From Flavobacteriales bacterium (GTDB lineage Bacteria; Bacteroidota; Bacteroidia; Flavobacteriales_F; PHOS-HE28), in assembly GCA_041745875.1 (NCBI GenBank), contig JBGTIB010000092.1, forward strand, positions 7,315-71,314: a DNA stretch of 64,000 nucleotides, written 5' to 3'. Under the pieces are notes generated by a model. That model made no database searches, was not told the origin of the DNA, and was given only the letters and a program-made list of their open reading frames with translations. The position numbers and the translations under genes were made by a program. This document shows positions 28,327 through 37,989 of the stretch, piece by piece (within the stretch, counting starts at the first letter, position 1; each line of letters starts with the position of its first letter).

Positions 28327-28701
28327 ATGAAGAACCTTCTCCGCCTCGAAGAGCTCGCCCAATTTCTGGTTTGCGTGATCCTTTTGGCCTCTATGGACGC
28401 GTCTTGGTGGATTTATCTGCTCCTGCTGATCGGACCGGATGTGGGCATGGTCGGTTATTCGGTGAACAGCAAGGTTGGCGCGCTCACATATAATCTGTTG
28501 CATCACAAGGCGGTCGCGCTCCTGGTATTATTCATCTGCTTCGTGATCGCCCGTTATTCACCCGGGACCCCGAAGGAGATCGTGCTTGCAGGCATCATCC
28601 TTTACGGCCACGCTTCCATGGATCGCATCCTCGGCTATGGCCTCAAGTTCGGCGACAACTTCCACCACACGCACTTGGGCTGGATCGGGAAGGGTAGATA
28701 G
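28327..28701 (+). CDS. DUF4260-like small integral membrane protein.
   Basis: 'MKNLLRLEELAQFLV...' with three or four TM helices; 124 aa; family recalled from memory. Confidence 0.5.
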   Translation: MKNLLRLEELAQFLVCVILLASMDASWWIYLLLLIGPDVGMVGYSVNSKVGALTYNLLHHKAVALLVLFICFVIARYSPGTPKEIVLAGIILYGHASMDRILGYGLKFGDNFHHTHLGWIGKGR

Positions 28702-28759
28702 TTGTTCGTTGCCTGTTGTCAGGGCTCAACCCAGTTCACTGCCGATCGACAACTACCAC

Positions 28760-29167
28760 CTACCCTTGCGAATGCATCGCCACCGCGTTGCCCTCTGTAT
28801 CCTCGAAGAAGGCCATGTACCCAATGTCCTCGCTAATATGCGTTTTGGGCATCAGCACTTTTCCGCCCGCCTTCTCCACGCGGCCCAAAGCAGCGCTCAG
28901 GTCCGGGTTGGCATTCAGGTAGATCAGGGCACCTTCGCGGCTCGGCTTGTGCATGTTGCTCTTCACCAAAGCGCCGCCCACCTTGCCGTTCATGCCATCA
29001 CCCGGGAAATTCCGCATCTGAATGTTCGTGAGGTCCATGGCTTCCATGTGGATGTCGAAGACGGTCTCGTAGAATTTTCGCGCACGGTCCAGGTCGTTCG
29101 TGGCGATCTCGAACCAGTTCAAGGCATTGGTCGTGTTGTCCATGTCAGAAATCGTTGTGTTTTTCAT
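28760..29167 (-). CDS. VOC (glyoxalase/bleomycin-resistance fold) family protein.
   Basis: 'ALNWFEIATNDLDRARKFYETVF...GGKVLMPKTHISEDIGYMAFFEDTEGNAVAMHS'. Confidence 0.75.
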   Translation of the reverse strand: MKNTTISDMDNTTNALNWFEIATNDLDRARKFYETVFDIHMEAMDLTNIQMRNFPGDGMNGKVGGALVKSNMHKPSREGALIYLNANPDLSAALGRVEKAGGKVLMPKTHISEDIGYMAFFEDTEGNAVAMHSQG

Positions 29168-29276
29168 CGATCTTTCGGATCACAAGCTACATGCTTCATG
29201 ACCTTGGGCACTGGTGATGTGATGTATGGTGAACGACCTGAACCTGCCGCTGGTCCGACCTGATGTGATACCACGC

Positions 29277-29861
29277 ATGCGCATCATACTGCTGGACAAT
29301 TTCGACAGCTTCACCTGGAACCTGCATCACCTGCTGGAGCCACATGCGGATGTGGCCGTGGTGCGGAACGATGCCATCTCGGTGGAGGAAGCGTCACGCT
29401 ACGACCGTATCGTGTTATCGCCCGGTCCAGGTCTGCCATCGGAAGCGGGGGTCATGATGGAACTGCTCCGGAAGTTGATGCCTTCACATCCCATTCTCGG
29501 TGTGTGCCTCGGCATGCAGGGCATGGTGGAGGCCTGCGGCGGCAGGTTGTACAATCAGACGAGCGTAAAGCATGGCGTGTCCGTGCCATGTGTTCCAGAG
29601 GTACCTATCGATCCTCTGTTCAGCGGAATATTGACGCCCTTCGAAGTGGGTCTATACCACAGTTGGGCTGCCGATCCCCAAACCCTGCCAAGCGCACTGA
29701 ACGTGATCGCACGCAGTGCCGACGGTGTGATCATGGGCATCCGGCACTGCGAGTTCGATTGCTGCGGCATCCAGTTCCACCCCGAGAGCATCATGACACG
29801 GTACGGAGCTGACATCATCGCCAATTGGTTAGGCTCCGGGCATGATCGAAGACCAACGTAG
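29277..29861 (+). CDS. Glutamine amidotransferase component of anthranilate / aminodeoxychorismate synthase (TrpG/PabA).
   Basis: 'MRIILLDNFDSFTWNLHHLL', catalytic 'GVCLGMQ', 'GIQFHPES'. Confidence 0.85.
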   Translation: MRIILLDNFDSFTWNLHHLLEPHADVAVVRNDAISVEEASRYDRIVLSPGPGLPSEAGVMMELLRKLMPSHPILGVCLGMQGMVEACGGRLYNQTSVKHGVSVPCVPEVPIDPLFSGILTPFEVGLYHSWAADPQTLPSALNVIARSADGVIMGIRHCEFDCCGIQFHPESIMTRYGADIIANWLGSGHDRRPT

Positions 29862-29863
29862 GC

Positions 29864-32428
29864 TTAGAAAAGCAGATCGCCGCTGTTGCCATAGGGCCTT
29901 CGCTGCTCGAACTTCATGTCCTTGAGAATGCTCGCCTTCACGTTGATGCGGAACATGAAGCTTCGGCGGACCCCGAAGGGGATGATGTTGAAGTTGAACT
30001 CCCAGCAGTGCAGGTCCCAGTAAAGGTTCAAGCTGGTGGGTGTCAGTTCTTCGGCCTCCATGTCGTAACCACTGGTGAAGCCCAGTTTCCAGTGCTTGAG
30101 AATGTTCACATCGCCATTGAACAGCACACTTTGACGGCCATTGTCGGTGAAGGTGCTTTGGGAGTAGATACGATTGATATCGTAACTGTAGTTCACGCCG
30201 AGACGCCAGGGAAGACTGAAGTTGATGCGCCCACCCTTGCTTGGATCGGGATCCTCCACCACCTGCTGATCGTTGCTGGGTGCGGCGCCCACGGCCTGCC
30301 CATAGCGCGGGCTCTTCAGATCGAAACCAACGGCGACATTGGTATACGTCATGCGCGCCGGTCGGCCTGTGGCGGACAGTTCGCTTTGGTCGATCCGCTG
30401 CCCCGCGAAGTTCACCGCATATGGGTCCCAGATACTGACCAGGTTCACATTGAGCTTGTTGAACAATGATGTCCGGGCGGCTATGCTGATCGGTGCCCAG
30501 CCCAGTGAATCCGCCAGCAGGTCGTGGTTGGTGGTGAAGCCCACGAAGTCGAGCAACTTGATCTTCTTATACAACTCAACATCTGCACCGGTGGTGTCAC
30601 GCGCCGCTTTGCGATCCAGCACCTTGGCCTCCACGTTGTTGATCAGGCCTAGATTCAGGTTCCCACTTGAACCTGCCTGTGGTTTGCCGAAAATGCCGAT
30701 GTCGAACGGGGAGTAACTGCCCGGCGTTCCGTTCACCCCGAACGGTCCCTCGATCTGGGTGCTCTGGTCGGGCCGATAGGTGAACCCCACACTGGGCGTC
30801 ATCACGTGGCGGATGGCCTTCAAGCGTTTTCCGCTGAAGGTGTACATGAAGTAGACCTTGCTCGTCAGGGTGGCGCCCACGTTGTATTCGATGGGTGCAG
30901 CGAACCGTTGGATCGTATCGGTCCGGGTGAAGATGGTGTCCGGTTCGGTGATCACGGTGTTCTGCAACTGCTCGAAATACAATCTGTTGGTGAGGTTGAA
31001 CACCGGGTTGATCGCGAAGAAGCGGTTCTTCAATGTCGTGTTCACCGCCACGGTATTGCGGACGCCATTGCGCATCTGCCCGATCAGGTACGGGATGTTG
31101 TCGAAGGAGATCCGGTCCTCGGTGGTGCTCAGTCTGTTCTCGAAAAGGGTGGTGCCACTGATCCCGATCTGATCGTACCACCGGGGGCGTGCAGCGGTGG
31201 GCCTGATCGCCTGAATGGGGAACCACCGTTGCAGATTGAAGGTCACTGCAGGGGCGGTGAAGTCGAAGGTCCGGTTCAAGGTGTTCTGGCTATGACGGAG
31301 GTTCACGGCCAGGTTGAACGGTTTCCCTGGCCACAGGTGCGACCAGGCGATGTTGCTCTGGAAGGTGTTGCTCAGATAGTCGTTCATACTGCTGTTGAAG
31401 TTGTTCGTGAAGTTCGCGCTGGTCCCCGCGTTCACACTGGCACTGAAACGGTCGGTAAGGCTGGCCTTCGGGTCCACGAGATGGCTCCACTGGATGTTGA
31501 AGTTCCGGTCGCGGCTGAAATCCGGGAAATCAGGGTCGCTGCGTAGGATCGTGCTGTGGGATAGATTCAGGTTGCCGCTATACCGATAGCGGGTACGATA
31601 GCGTGTGGCACCGCGCAACGCCCAACTTCCACGGCTGTAAATGTCACCTGTAAGCTGTAGGTCCAGGCGCTCGCTGATCGGCAGATAGTAACCTCCGTTC
31701 AGCAGGAAATACCCGAGTTGATCATTACTGCCCCAAGTGGGGATCAGGATCCCGCTGCTACTGCCTCTCTTGTTGGGGAACAAGCCGAAGGGAAGGGCCA
31801 GCGGGGTGGGTACCCTGCCTATTTTCATGAAGGTCGGTCCGGTCACGATCTTGTCATCGGGAAGTACCATCATGCGGCTCACCCGGAAATGAAAATGGGG
31901 GTATGGGCGGTCGCAGGTGGTGAGCATTCCGCCCAGGCTGTGCACCTCCTCGTTCGGATGTCGTTTGCTCAGGCTGGCATGGACCCAGGTCTCTTTTTCC
32001 TGGGTCCGCACTTCGCGGATCAAGCCGGTCTTCGTTTTGAAATTATACCGGATGCTGTCCGCTTCTATCGTGTGGGAGCCCTCCACGAAGTTGGGTTTGC
32101 CCACCACCTTGCCGGAACTGTCGGGGGCACCAAAAGCCCTTGCCTCTTCGTTCCTGAAGCTGAACACGATGCGGTCCGCTGTGAGTTGCACATCGCCGTA
32201 ATTCACCACGGCGGCACCGAAGAGGTACACCGTTTGCTCCCGCAGGTCATACCTTATGCTGTCACGGGCCTCATACCGAACCTCCTGCTCCAACGCCTGC
32301 GAACGCACCGATCCGCCAGCCCCAACCAACATGAGCGTGATGAAAACTGCACGAGTGCCAACCCCGGCCGGGCTGTGGCGGATCCTAGCTTCGCGCCTTG
32401 TGGCCCGGGTGCATGGCGGTGACGTCAT
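29864..32428 (-). CDS. lptD: LPS-assembly outer-membrane protein LptD (OstA) homolog.
   Basis: N-terminal OstA-like jellyroll 'YEARDSIRYDLREQTVYLFGAAVVNYGDVQLTADRIVF', 'TTCDRPYPHFHFRVSRMMV', and a large beta-barrel with C-terminal aromatic strands; 854 aa. The start codon is uncertain. Confidence 0.7.
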   Translation of the reverse strand: MTSPPCTRATRREARIRHSPAGVGTRAVFITLMLVGAGGSVRSQALEQEVRYEARDSIRYDLREQTVYLFGAAVVNYGDVQLTADRIVFSFRNEEARAFGAPDSSGKVVGKPNFVEGSHTIEADSIRYNFKTKTGLIREVRTQEKETWVHASLSKRHPNEEVHSLGGMLTTCDRPYPHFHFRVSRMMVLPDDKIVTGPTFMKIGRVPTPLALPFGLFPNKRGSSSGILIPTWGSNDQLGYFLLNGGYYLPISERLDLQLTGDIYSRGSWALRGATRYRTRYRYSGNLNLSHSTILRSDPDFPDFSRDRNFNIQWSHLVDPKASLTDRFSASVNAGTSANFTNNFNSSMNDYLSNTFQSNIAWSHLWPGKPFNLAVNLRHSQNTLNRTFDFTAPAVTFNLQRWFPIQAIRPTAARPRWYDQIGISGTTLFENRLSTTEDRISFDNIPYLIGQMRNGVRNTVAVNTTLKNRFFAINPVFNLTNRLYFEQLQNTVITEPDTIFTRTDTIQRFAAPIEYNVGATLTSKVYFMYTFSGKRLKAIRHVMTPSVGFTYRPDQSTQIEGPFGVNGTPGSYSPFDIGIFGKPQAGSSGNLNLGLINNVEAKVLDRKAARDTTGADVELYKKIKLLDFVGFTTNHDLLADSLGWAPISIAARTSLFNKLNVNLVSIWDPYAVNFAGQRIDQSELSATGRPARMTYTNVAVGFDLKSPRYGQAVGAAPSNDQQVVEDPDPSKGGRINFSLPWRLGVNYSYDINRIYSQSTFTDNGRQSVLFNGDVNILKHWKLGFTSGYDMEAEELTPTSLNLYWDLHCWEFNFNIIPFGVRRSFMFRINVKASILKDMKFEQRRPYGNSGDLLF

Positions 32429-32504
32429 CGACCTGCTCTATCGCCCACGGGCGAATGGCGGGCCGAAAATACCGCATCGATCCACGGGTGCCATGGAACG
32501 CCGA

Positions 32505-33641
32505 ATGAAAGCCCCCAAGTATTTCCATCTGTGCATGCTGTTGTTCGCAGCGTGTGCAGCCGATGTGCTGGGACAGGGTGCGGTCGGCGATATCAACAGG
32601 GTGCGTACCGTGGTGATCGATGCCGGGCACGGAGGAAAGGATCCCGGGGCCATCGGCACGGGCAGGTACAAAGCGGCTGAAAAGGATATAGCGCTCAACG
32701 TTTCCCTGCTCGCAGGCAAGTATATCAAGGAGGCATATCCCGATGTGAAAGTGATCTATACCCGCGATGATGACCGATTCGTGGAATTGATGGAGCGCAG
32801 CATGATCGCCAACCGGGCCAAGGCCGATCTGTTCATCAGCATCCATTGCAACAGCAACGAGAAGAAGGAGCCACACGGTTCAGAAACCTATGTCATGGGC
32901 CTCCACAAGACCGAGGCGAACATGAAGGTGGCCATGAAGGAGAACGCCTCCATCCTGTTGGAGGAGGGCCATGAGTTGCGTTACGATGGCTTCGATCCGA
33001 AGGACCCTGAGAGCATCATCGCGCTCAGTCTGCGCCAGAACGTGCACCTGGACCACAGCCTGTTGTACAGCGCATTGGTCCAGAAACAATTCAAGGAGCG
33101 TGTGGGCCGCGTGGATCGGGGAGTTCGCCAGGCCGGTTTCCTGGTGATCAGCTATACCACCATGCCCGCTGTGCTCGTCGAGTTGGGTTTCCTGAGCAAT
33201 GCGGTGGAAGAGGACTACCTGCAAAGCACCCTGGGGCAGGACCATCTGGCCAGTGCGATCTATCGGGCGTTCAAGGAGTACAAGACAGCGCTGGAGGGAG
33301 TTGATATGGCGGTGGCATCGCCCGAGGATACCGTCACACCCGAACAACCACCATCACCGGTGATCATCGCGAGCGGGGTCCGCTTCAAGGTACAGATCAT
33401 CACTTCCAGCAAGCGCATCGAACCCAAGGCGCGTAACTTCAATGGAATGGAAGGCGTGGAGGAACACCGCGGCGCCGGTCTCTTTCGATACACCGTCGGC
33501 GACGAAGCCACGCTGGATGCCGCGCGTACCGTGCAGAACACCTGCAAGGAGAAGGGTTTCGAAGGTGCGTTCATCGTGGCTTTTCGCGATGGTGAACGGA
33601 TCGATCTGCAGGAAGCAGTTAAATTAGCGCATGGCCGATAG
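32505..33641 (+). CDS. N-acetylmuramoyl-L-alanine amidase (Amidase_3) with a C-terminal SPOR-like domain.
   Basis: 'VVIDAGHGGKDPGA', 'ADLFISIHCNS', 'ETYVMG'; signal peptide 'MKAPKYFHLCMLLFAACAA'; C-terminus 'RFKVQIITSSKRIE...GAFIVAFRDGERID'. Confidence 0.85.
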   Translation: MKAPKYFHLCMLLFAACAADVLGQGAVGDINRVRTVVIDAGHGGKDPGAIGTGRYKAAEKDIALNVSLLAGKYIKEAYPDVKVIYTRDDDRFVELMERSMIANRAKADLFISIHCNSNEKKEPHGSETYVMGLHKTEANMKVAMKENASILLEEGHELRYDGFDPKDPESIIALSLRQNVHLDHSLLYSALVQKQFKERVGRVDRGVRQAGFLVISYTTMPAVLVELGFLSNAVEEDYLQSTLGQDHLASAIYRAFKEYKTALEGVDMAVASPEDTVTPEQPPSPVIIASGVRFKVQIITSSKRIEPKARNFNGMEGVEEHRGAGLFRYTVGDEATLDAARTVQNTCKEKGFEGAFIVAFRDGERIDLQEAVKLAHGR

Positions 33642-33653
33642 AAGGCGGCGTAC

Positions 33654-34685
33654 ATGAAGATCAAACGAGAGTATTCCATCACACTGCTGGTCCTCCTGGG
33701 CATTGGCTTGCTGATCTTCGGGATCAACTTCCTAAAAGGCATCGACATCTTCCAGAAGCGGAACATGTTCCACGTGGCTTATGGGAACGTCACAGGGATC
33801 AATCCATCGAGCCCCGTCTACTACAATGGCTTCAAGGTCGGACAAGTGATCCGCACCCAGTTGATGCCAGGGGCCGGCGGTAACATCCTGGTGAGCTTCC
33901 AGTTGGACGAAAGTGGATTGGACGTGCCGCGTGACACCAAGGTCCAGATCTACAGTTCCGACATCTTCAGCCGGGCGCTTCAGTTGCTTCCGGGTACGAG
34001 TGCCGATCTGGCACAGCCAGGGGACACATTGCAGGGCGATACCCAATTGAGCCTTACCGATGCCGTGGGGGAGCAGATGGATCCCTTGAAGAAGAAGGCG
34101 GAGGGCATGCTGGCATCCGTGGATTCGGTGCTCACCAGCCTGCAAAGCGTCCTCAACGATTCCGCACGGCGTGATATCGATGCCAGTTTCGCCAGTATCC
34201 GTGGAACGCTCGAATCGTTGAACAACAGTGCAAGGCGCATCGATGATATGATCGCCACGGAGCGTGCCACCATCCATGGGGTGTTGGACAACATCCAGCA
34301 GGTGACCGGCAACCTGGTCCAATACAACGAGGAGATCGCCCGGATCCTGAGCAACATGGATACTGTGACCACGGCGTTGGCGAGCGGTGGGATCCAGAAG
34401 GTGATCGATGACCTGAGCGCCACCAGCGGCCAATTGAAGGTGATGATGGACCGCATGGAGAACGGCGAGGGTACCCTTGGTGCCTTGCTGCACAACGACA
34501 CGCTGTACCACAATCTGCAAAGTGCCAGCCTGGAGCTCGATATGCTTCTGGAGGACCTTCGGATCAACCCGAACCGCTATATGCATCTGTCGTTGTTCGG
34601 CAAGAAGGACCGCCTGCCCAAGTTGAGCAAGACCGATGTGGACCGTATCAAACGGTCGCTGGAGGAGGATAACAAGATCCCATGA
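33654..34685 (+). CDS. MCE/MlaD family protein.
   Basis: N-terminal TM segment and MCE domain 'NMFHVAYGNVTGINPSSPVYYNGFKVGQV', followed by a long coiled region; ATGA overlap with the next gene. Confidence 0.75.
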   Translation: MKIKREYSITLLVLLGIGLLIFGINFLKGIDIFQKRNMFHVAYGNVTGINPSSPVYYNGFKVGQVIRTQLMPGAGGNILVSFQLDESGLDVPRDTKVQIYSSDIFSRALQLLPGTSADLAQPGDTLQGDTQLSLTDAVGEQMDPLKKKAEGMLASVDSVLTSLQSVLNDSARRDIDASFASIRGTLESLNNSARRIDDMIATERATIHGVLDNIQQVTGNLVQYNEEIARILSNMDTVTTALASGGIQKVIDDLSATSGQLKVMMDRMENGEGTLGALLHNDTLYHNLQSASLELDMLLEDLRINPNRYMHLSLFGKKDRLPKLSKTDVDRIKRSLEEDNKIP

Positions 34686-36010
34686 GCATCAGCGCGGTCA
34701 TCTTCCTCGTTGTCCTCACTGGCGCGATCGCATTTTTCGTACGGAACGTCGGGCGGGTGATCCGCAACATCAAGCTGGGCCGCGAGGAGGACCGCTCCGA
34801 CCGCAAGGCCGAGCGCTGGGCGGTGATGGCCCGTGTGGCATTGGGTCAGAGCAAGATGGTGGCACGTCCGGTGGCGGGCATCATGCACATCCTCATCTAC
34901 GTGGGCTTTGTCATCATCAACCTCGAGGTGCTGGAGATCGTCATCGATGGGATCTTCGACACGCATCGGATCGGCGCGATGTTCGGCCCGCTATACAGTG
35001 TGCTCATCGGGAGCTTCGAGGTGCTCGCACTGGGTGTACTGCTGGCCTGCGTGGTGTTCATCGCAAGGCGTGCGGTGCTTCAACTGCCACGCTTTCACAA
35101 GCCGGAGATGAAAGGCTGGCCCAGCCGCGATGCCATGTTCATTCTGGTGTGGGAGATCGCCCTCATGGGAGCATTCCTCAAATGGAATGCTGCGGACCAG
35201 GTGCTGGCCCTCCGCGGTGTGGAACCCTTTACCGCAGCCGGGGCATTTCCGGTAAGCACCTTCCTGCGCCCCTTCTTCGAAGGTCTCAGCGATGGTACCG
35301 TCCTGTTCTTCGAGCGTTTTTTCTGGTGGTTCCATATCGTGGGAATATTGGCATTCCTGAACTACCTGCCTTACAGCAAACATTTCCACATCATGCTTGC
35401 GTTCCCCAATACGTGGTACAGCAAGTTGGTGCCGCGCACGCAAATGACCGACATGCCCAAAGTGGGTGCAGAGGTGCGGAGCATGCTCGACCCCGCTGTG
35501 CCACCCCCTGAACCAGCGGTACCACGCAAGGTGGCCGGTGTCGAGGTGCAGGATCGTTTCGGGGTGAAGGACGTGTTCGACCTGAGCTGGAAGGGCCTGC
35601 TGGATGCATACAGCTGTACGGAGTGTGGCCGCTGCACCGATGAGTGTCCGGCCAACATCACCGGGAAGTTGCTGAGCCCCCGCAAGATCATCATGGACAC
35701 ACGCGACCGCATGGAGGAAGTGGGCCGCAACATCGACAGCAACGGCGGCACCTTCAAGGATGATGGGAAGAGCCTGCACACCTATATCACCGATGAGGAG
35801 CTCTGGGCATGCACCACTTGCAACGCCTGCACCAAGGCTTGTCCGGTGAACATCGATCCGGTGGAAACGATCATGGAGATGCGTCGCTATCTGGTGATGG
35901 AGGAGAGCCGCTCAAGACCCGCGCTCACCAGCATGTTCAACAACGTGGAGAACAATGGTGCGCCGTGGGCCTTCGGACCTGATAAACGCATGGACTGGAC
36001 CAACTCTTGA
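34682..36010 (+). CDS. Membrane-anchored (Fe-S)-binding protein with a NarI/DsrM-like polytopic N-terminal domain and 2x[4Fe-4S] ferredoxin motifs.
   Basis: About five TM helices, then 'CTECGRCTDECP' and 'CTTCNACTKACP'. Confidence 0.75.
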   Translation: MSISAVIFLVVLTGAIAFFVRNVGRVIRNIKLGREEDRSDRKAERWAVMARVALGQSKMVARPVAGIMHILIYVGFVIINLEVLEIVIDGIFDTHRIGAMFGPLYSVLIGSFEVLALGVLLACVVFIARRAVLQLPRFHKPEMKGWPSRDAMFILVWEIALMGAFLKWNAADQVLALRGVEPFTAAGAFPVSTFLRPFFEGLSDGTVLFFERFFWWFHIVGILAFLNYLPYSKHFHIMLAFPNTWYSKLVPRTQMTDMPKVGAEVRSMLDPAVPPPEPAVPRKVAGVEVQDRFGVKDVFDLSWKGLLDAYSCTECGRCTDECPANITGKLLSPRKIIMDTRDRMEEVGRNIDSNGGTFKDDGKSLHTYITDEELWACTTCNACTKACPVNIDPVETIMEMRRYLVMEESRSRPALTSMFNNVENNGAPWAFGPDKRMDWTNS

Positions 36011-36058
36011 TCGAAGCAACTGTACCGTCGACCCTCAGGGTCGACGTTCCGTGAGCAC

Positions 36059-36847
36059 ATGGAAACCCCAAAGATCAAAACCATGGCCGACTTCGCCGCT
36101 ACCGGCGAAACGCCCGAAGTACTCTTCTGGGTGGGCTGCGCGGGGTCCTTCGACGATCGGGCCCGCAAGATCACCAAGGCTTTCGTGCGTATCCTGAATG
36201 CGGCCAAGGTGAAGTACGCTGTGTTGGGCCAGGAGGAGAGTTGCACCGGAGATCCCGCGCGCCGTGCCGGCAACGAGTTCCTCTTCCAGATGCAAGCCCT
36301 TCAGAACGTTACTGTGCTGAACGGCTACGGAGTGAAGCGCATCGTCACCGCCTGTCCGCACTGCTTCAACACGCTGAAGAACGAATACCCTGCTCTTGGC
36401 GGCACGTATGAAGTGCTCCACCACACGCAGTTCATCAATGCCTTGCTGAAGGAAGGCCGCATCAAGGTGGAAGGCGGCAATTTCAAGGGCAGGCGCATCA
36501 CCTTCCACGATCCATGTTACCTGGGCCGGGGCAATGGGGAGTACGAGGCTCCGCGTGAAGTGCTGCTGAAGCTCGATGCGGAACTGGTGGAAATGAAGCG
36601 CAGTCGCCAGAACGGCCTGTGTTGTGGTGCGGGAGGCGCACAGATGTTCAAGGAGGCGGAGCCTGGCGATCGCGAAGTGAACGTGGAGCGCAGTGAAGAA
36701 GCGCTGGGCTTGAAGCCGGACGTGATCGCAGCAGGTTGTCCTTTCTGCAACACGATGCTCACCGATGGTGTGAAGCACTTCAACAAGGAAGGCGAAGTAA
36801 AAGTGAAGGACATTGCAGAACTCATCGCCGAGGCTTCGGACCTTTGA
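36059..36847 (+). CDS. (Fe-S)-binding protein with two CCG cysteine-rich domains (HdrD/GlpC/DsrK-like).
   Basis: 'CPHCFNTL...' and 'CCGAGG...GCPFCNTM' CCG motifs. Confidence 0.75.
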   Translation: METPKIKTMADFAATGETPEVLFWVGCAGSFDDRARKITKAFVRILNAAKVKYAVLGQEESCTGDPARRAGNEFLFQMQALQNVTVLNGYGVKRIVTACPHCFNTLKNEYPALGGTYEVLHHTQFINALLKEGRIKVEGGNFKGRRITFHDPCYLGRGNGEYEAPREVLLKLDAELVEMKRSRQNGLCCGAGGAQMFKEAEPGDREVNVERSEEALGLKPDVIAAGCPFCNTMLTDGVKHFNKEGEVKVKDIAELIAEASDL

Positions 36848-36886
36848 CCCCCGGAACTCCACGGCCTCAACTTCGTTAGAACGCCC

Positions 36887-37396
36887 ATGAACACCTCAGC
36901 ACCCATCACTCCGGTCGCCAAGTGCATCAGTGACATGCCTGCGCATGCACGCGTGTGGGTCTACAAGGCGGCACGCGAACTGGGGCAGGCGGAGCAGAAA
37001 CTGGTGCGCGAGCGTGGGCATTCCTTCACCGAGGAATGGGCCGCGCACGGTGCCGCTTTGGATGCCTGTGTGGATGTGGTGCACGACCGTTTCGTGGTGA
37101 TCTCCGTGGATGAGGAACAAGCGCTGGCTAGCGGGTGCAGCATCGACAAGAGCGTGGGCTTCATCAAACGACTGGAGCACGATCTGAACGTGATGCTCAC
37201 CGACCGCATGATCGTGGTGTATGAGGGCGACGACAAGGTCCGCAGTTGCAGATTGCAGGTCCTGCCCGAATTGCTGAAAGAGGGATCGATCACCGGGGAT
37301 ACCATCGTCTTCGATGACCTGGTGAGCACCGTGGGCGAATTGCGTGAACGCTTTCGCACACCCATGCGCAACACGTGGTTGGAGCGCTTCCTCTGA
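36887..37396 (+). CDS. Hypothetical protein (169 aa), co-oriented in the operon.
   Basis: ORF with coding GC3, 39 bp after the previous gene; no family recognised. Confidence 0.4.
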   Translation: MNTSAPITPVAKCISDMPAHARVWVYKAARELGQAEQKLVRERGHSFTEEWAAHGAALDACVDVVHDRFVVISVDEEQALASGCSIDKSVGFIKRLEHDLNVMLTDRMIVVYEGDDKVRSCRLQVLPELLKEGSITGDTIVFDDLVSTVGELRERFRTPMRNTWLERFL

Positions 37397-37581
37397 GACT
37401 GCGATACGCGTCCCTTTAGTAACTCGGAGCATCTTTTCCGTTCGCATCGCATGGAGATGCGAGGATACGCTGTACATCCTTGCGGAGGGTTAACACCACT
37501 GCGGTCTTGAAAACTAGCTGATCGAGCTGGTGGATCGCAACCTTGGTGTTCCCACCTTCGGCGCTGCACCGAAGCATCATC

Positions 37582-37989
37582 ATGCGCACTGAGACCGATC
37601 GCCTTGTGGGATGGCTGCTCCATGGCTGGGTGGAACAGATCACCTTGTTCGCCGTGCTGTTGGTTGCCCTCATCCTCATGGGCTGGAGCTGGAACCGCGG
37701 TTTCCGCCCGGCGGAACGAGGCCCTGTGGTGACCTGGCCCCTGCTGATCCTGGGCTTCGGCATGGTGCAACTGCTGCGCTACTTCGGTGATGACCTGTTG
37801 CATGCGGCGATCATCGCAGGTGGTCTTGTCGTAGCGGGTTTCCTGGCTCGGGGTATCAGGCCCTTCGGCTTGTGGCTGCCGGCCATGTTGCTGGCCGTTC
37901 TGCTCGGGTTGGGCCTCAACCTTAGTGCACTTTTGCTCACGGTCTTCACGACCCTGGTCTTGTTGTTCAGTTCGGATCGCGGCCGATGA
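37582..37989 (+). CDS. Hypothetical integral membrane protein (about 4 TM helices).
   Basis: Hydrophobic segments 'ITLFAVLLVALILMGW', 'WPLLILGFGMVQLL', 'AAIIAGGLVVAGFLA', 'LPAMLLAVLLGLGL'; ATGA overlap with the next gene. Confidence 0.45.
   Translation: MRTETDRLVGWLLHGWVEQITLFAVLLVALILMGWSWNRGFRPAERGPVVTWPLLILGFGMVQLLRYFGDDLLHAAIIAGGLVVAGFLARGIRPFGLWLPAMLLAVLLGLGLNLSALLLTVFTTLVLLFSSDRGR

Noticed and set aside
37397-37581. Small hairpins ('tcgcatc-gcatgga-gatgcga', 'cttcggcg...caccgaag') in the 185-bp gap inside the long operon; considered as an internal terminator or riboswitch.
   Set aside because: The stems are short (7-8 bp), imperfect and lack U-tracts, and I recognise no riboswitch consensus. 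This is insufficient to call a feature.
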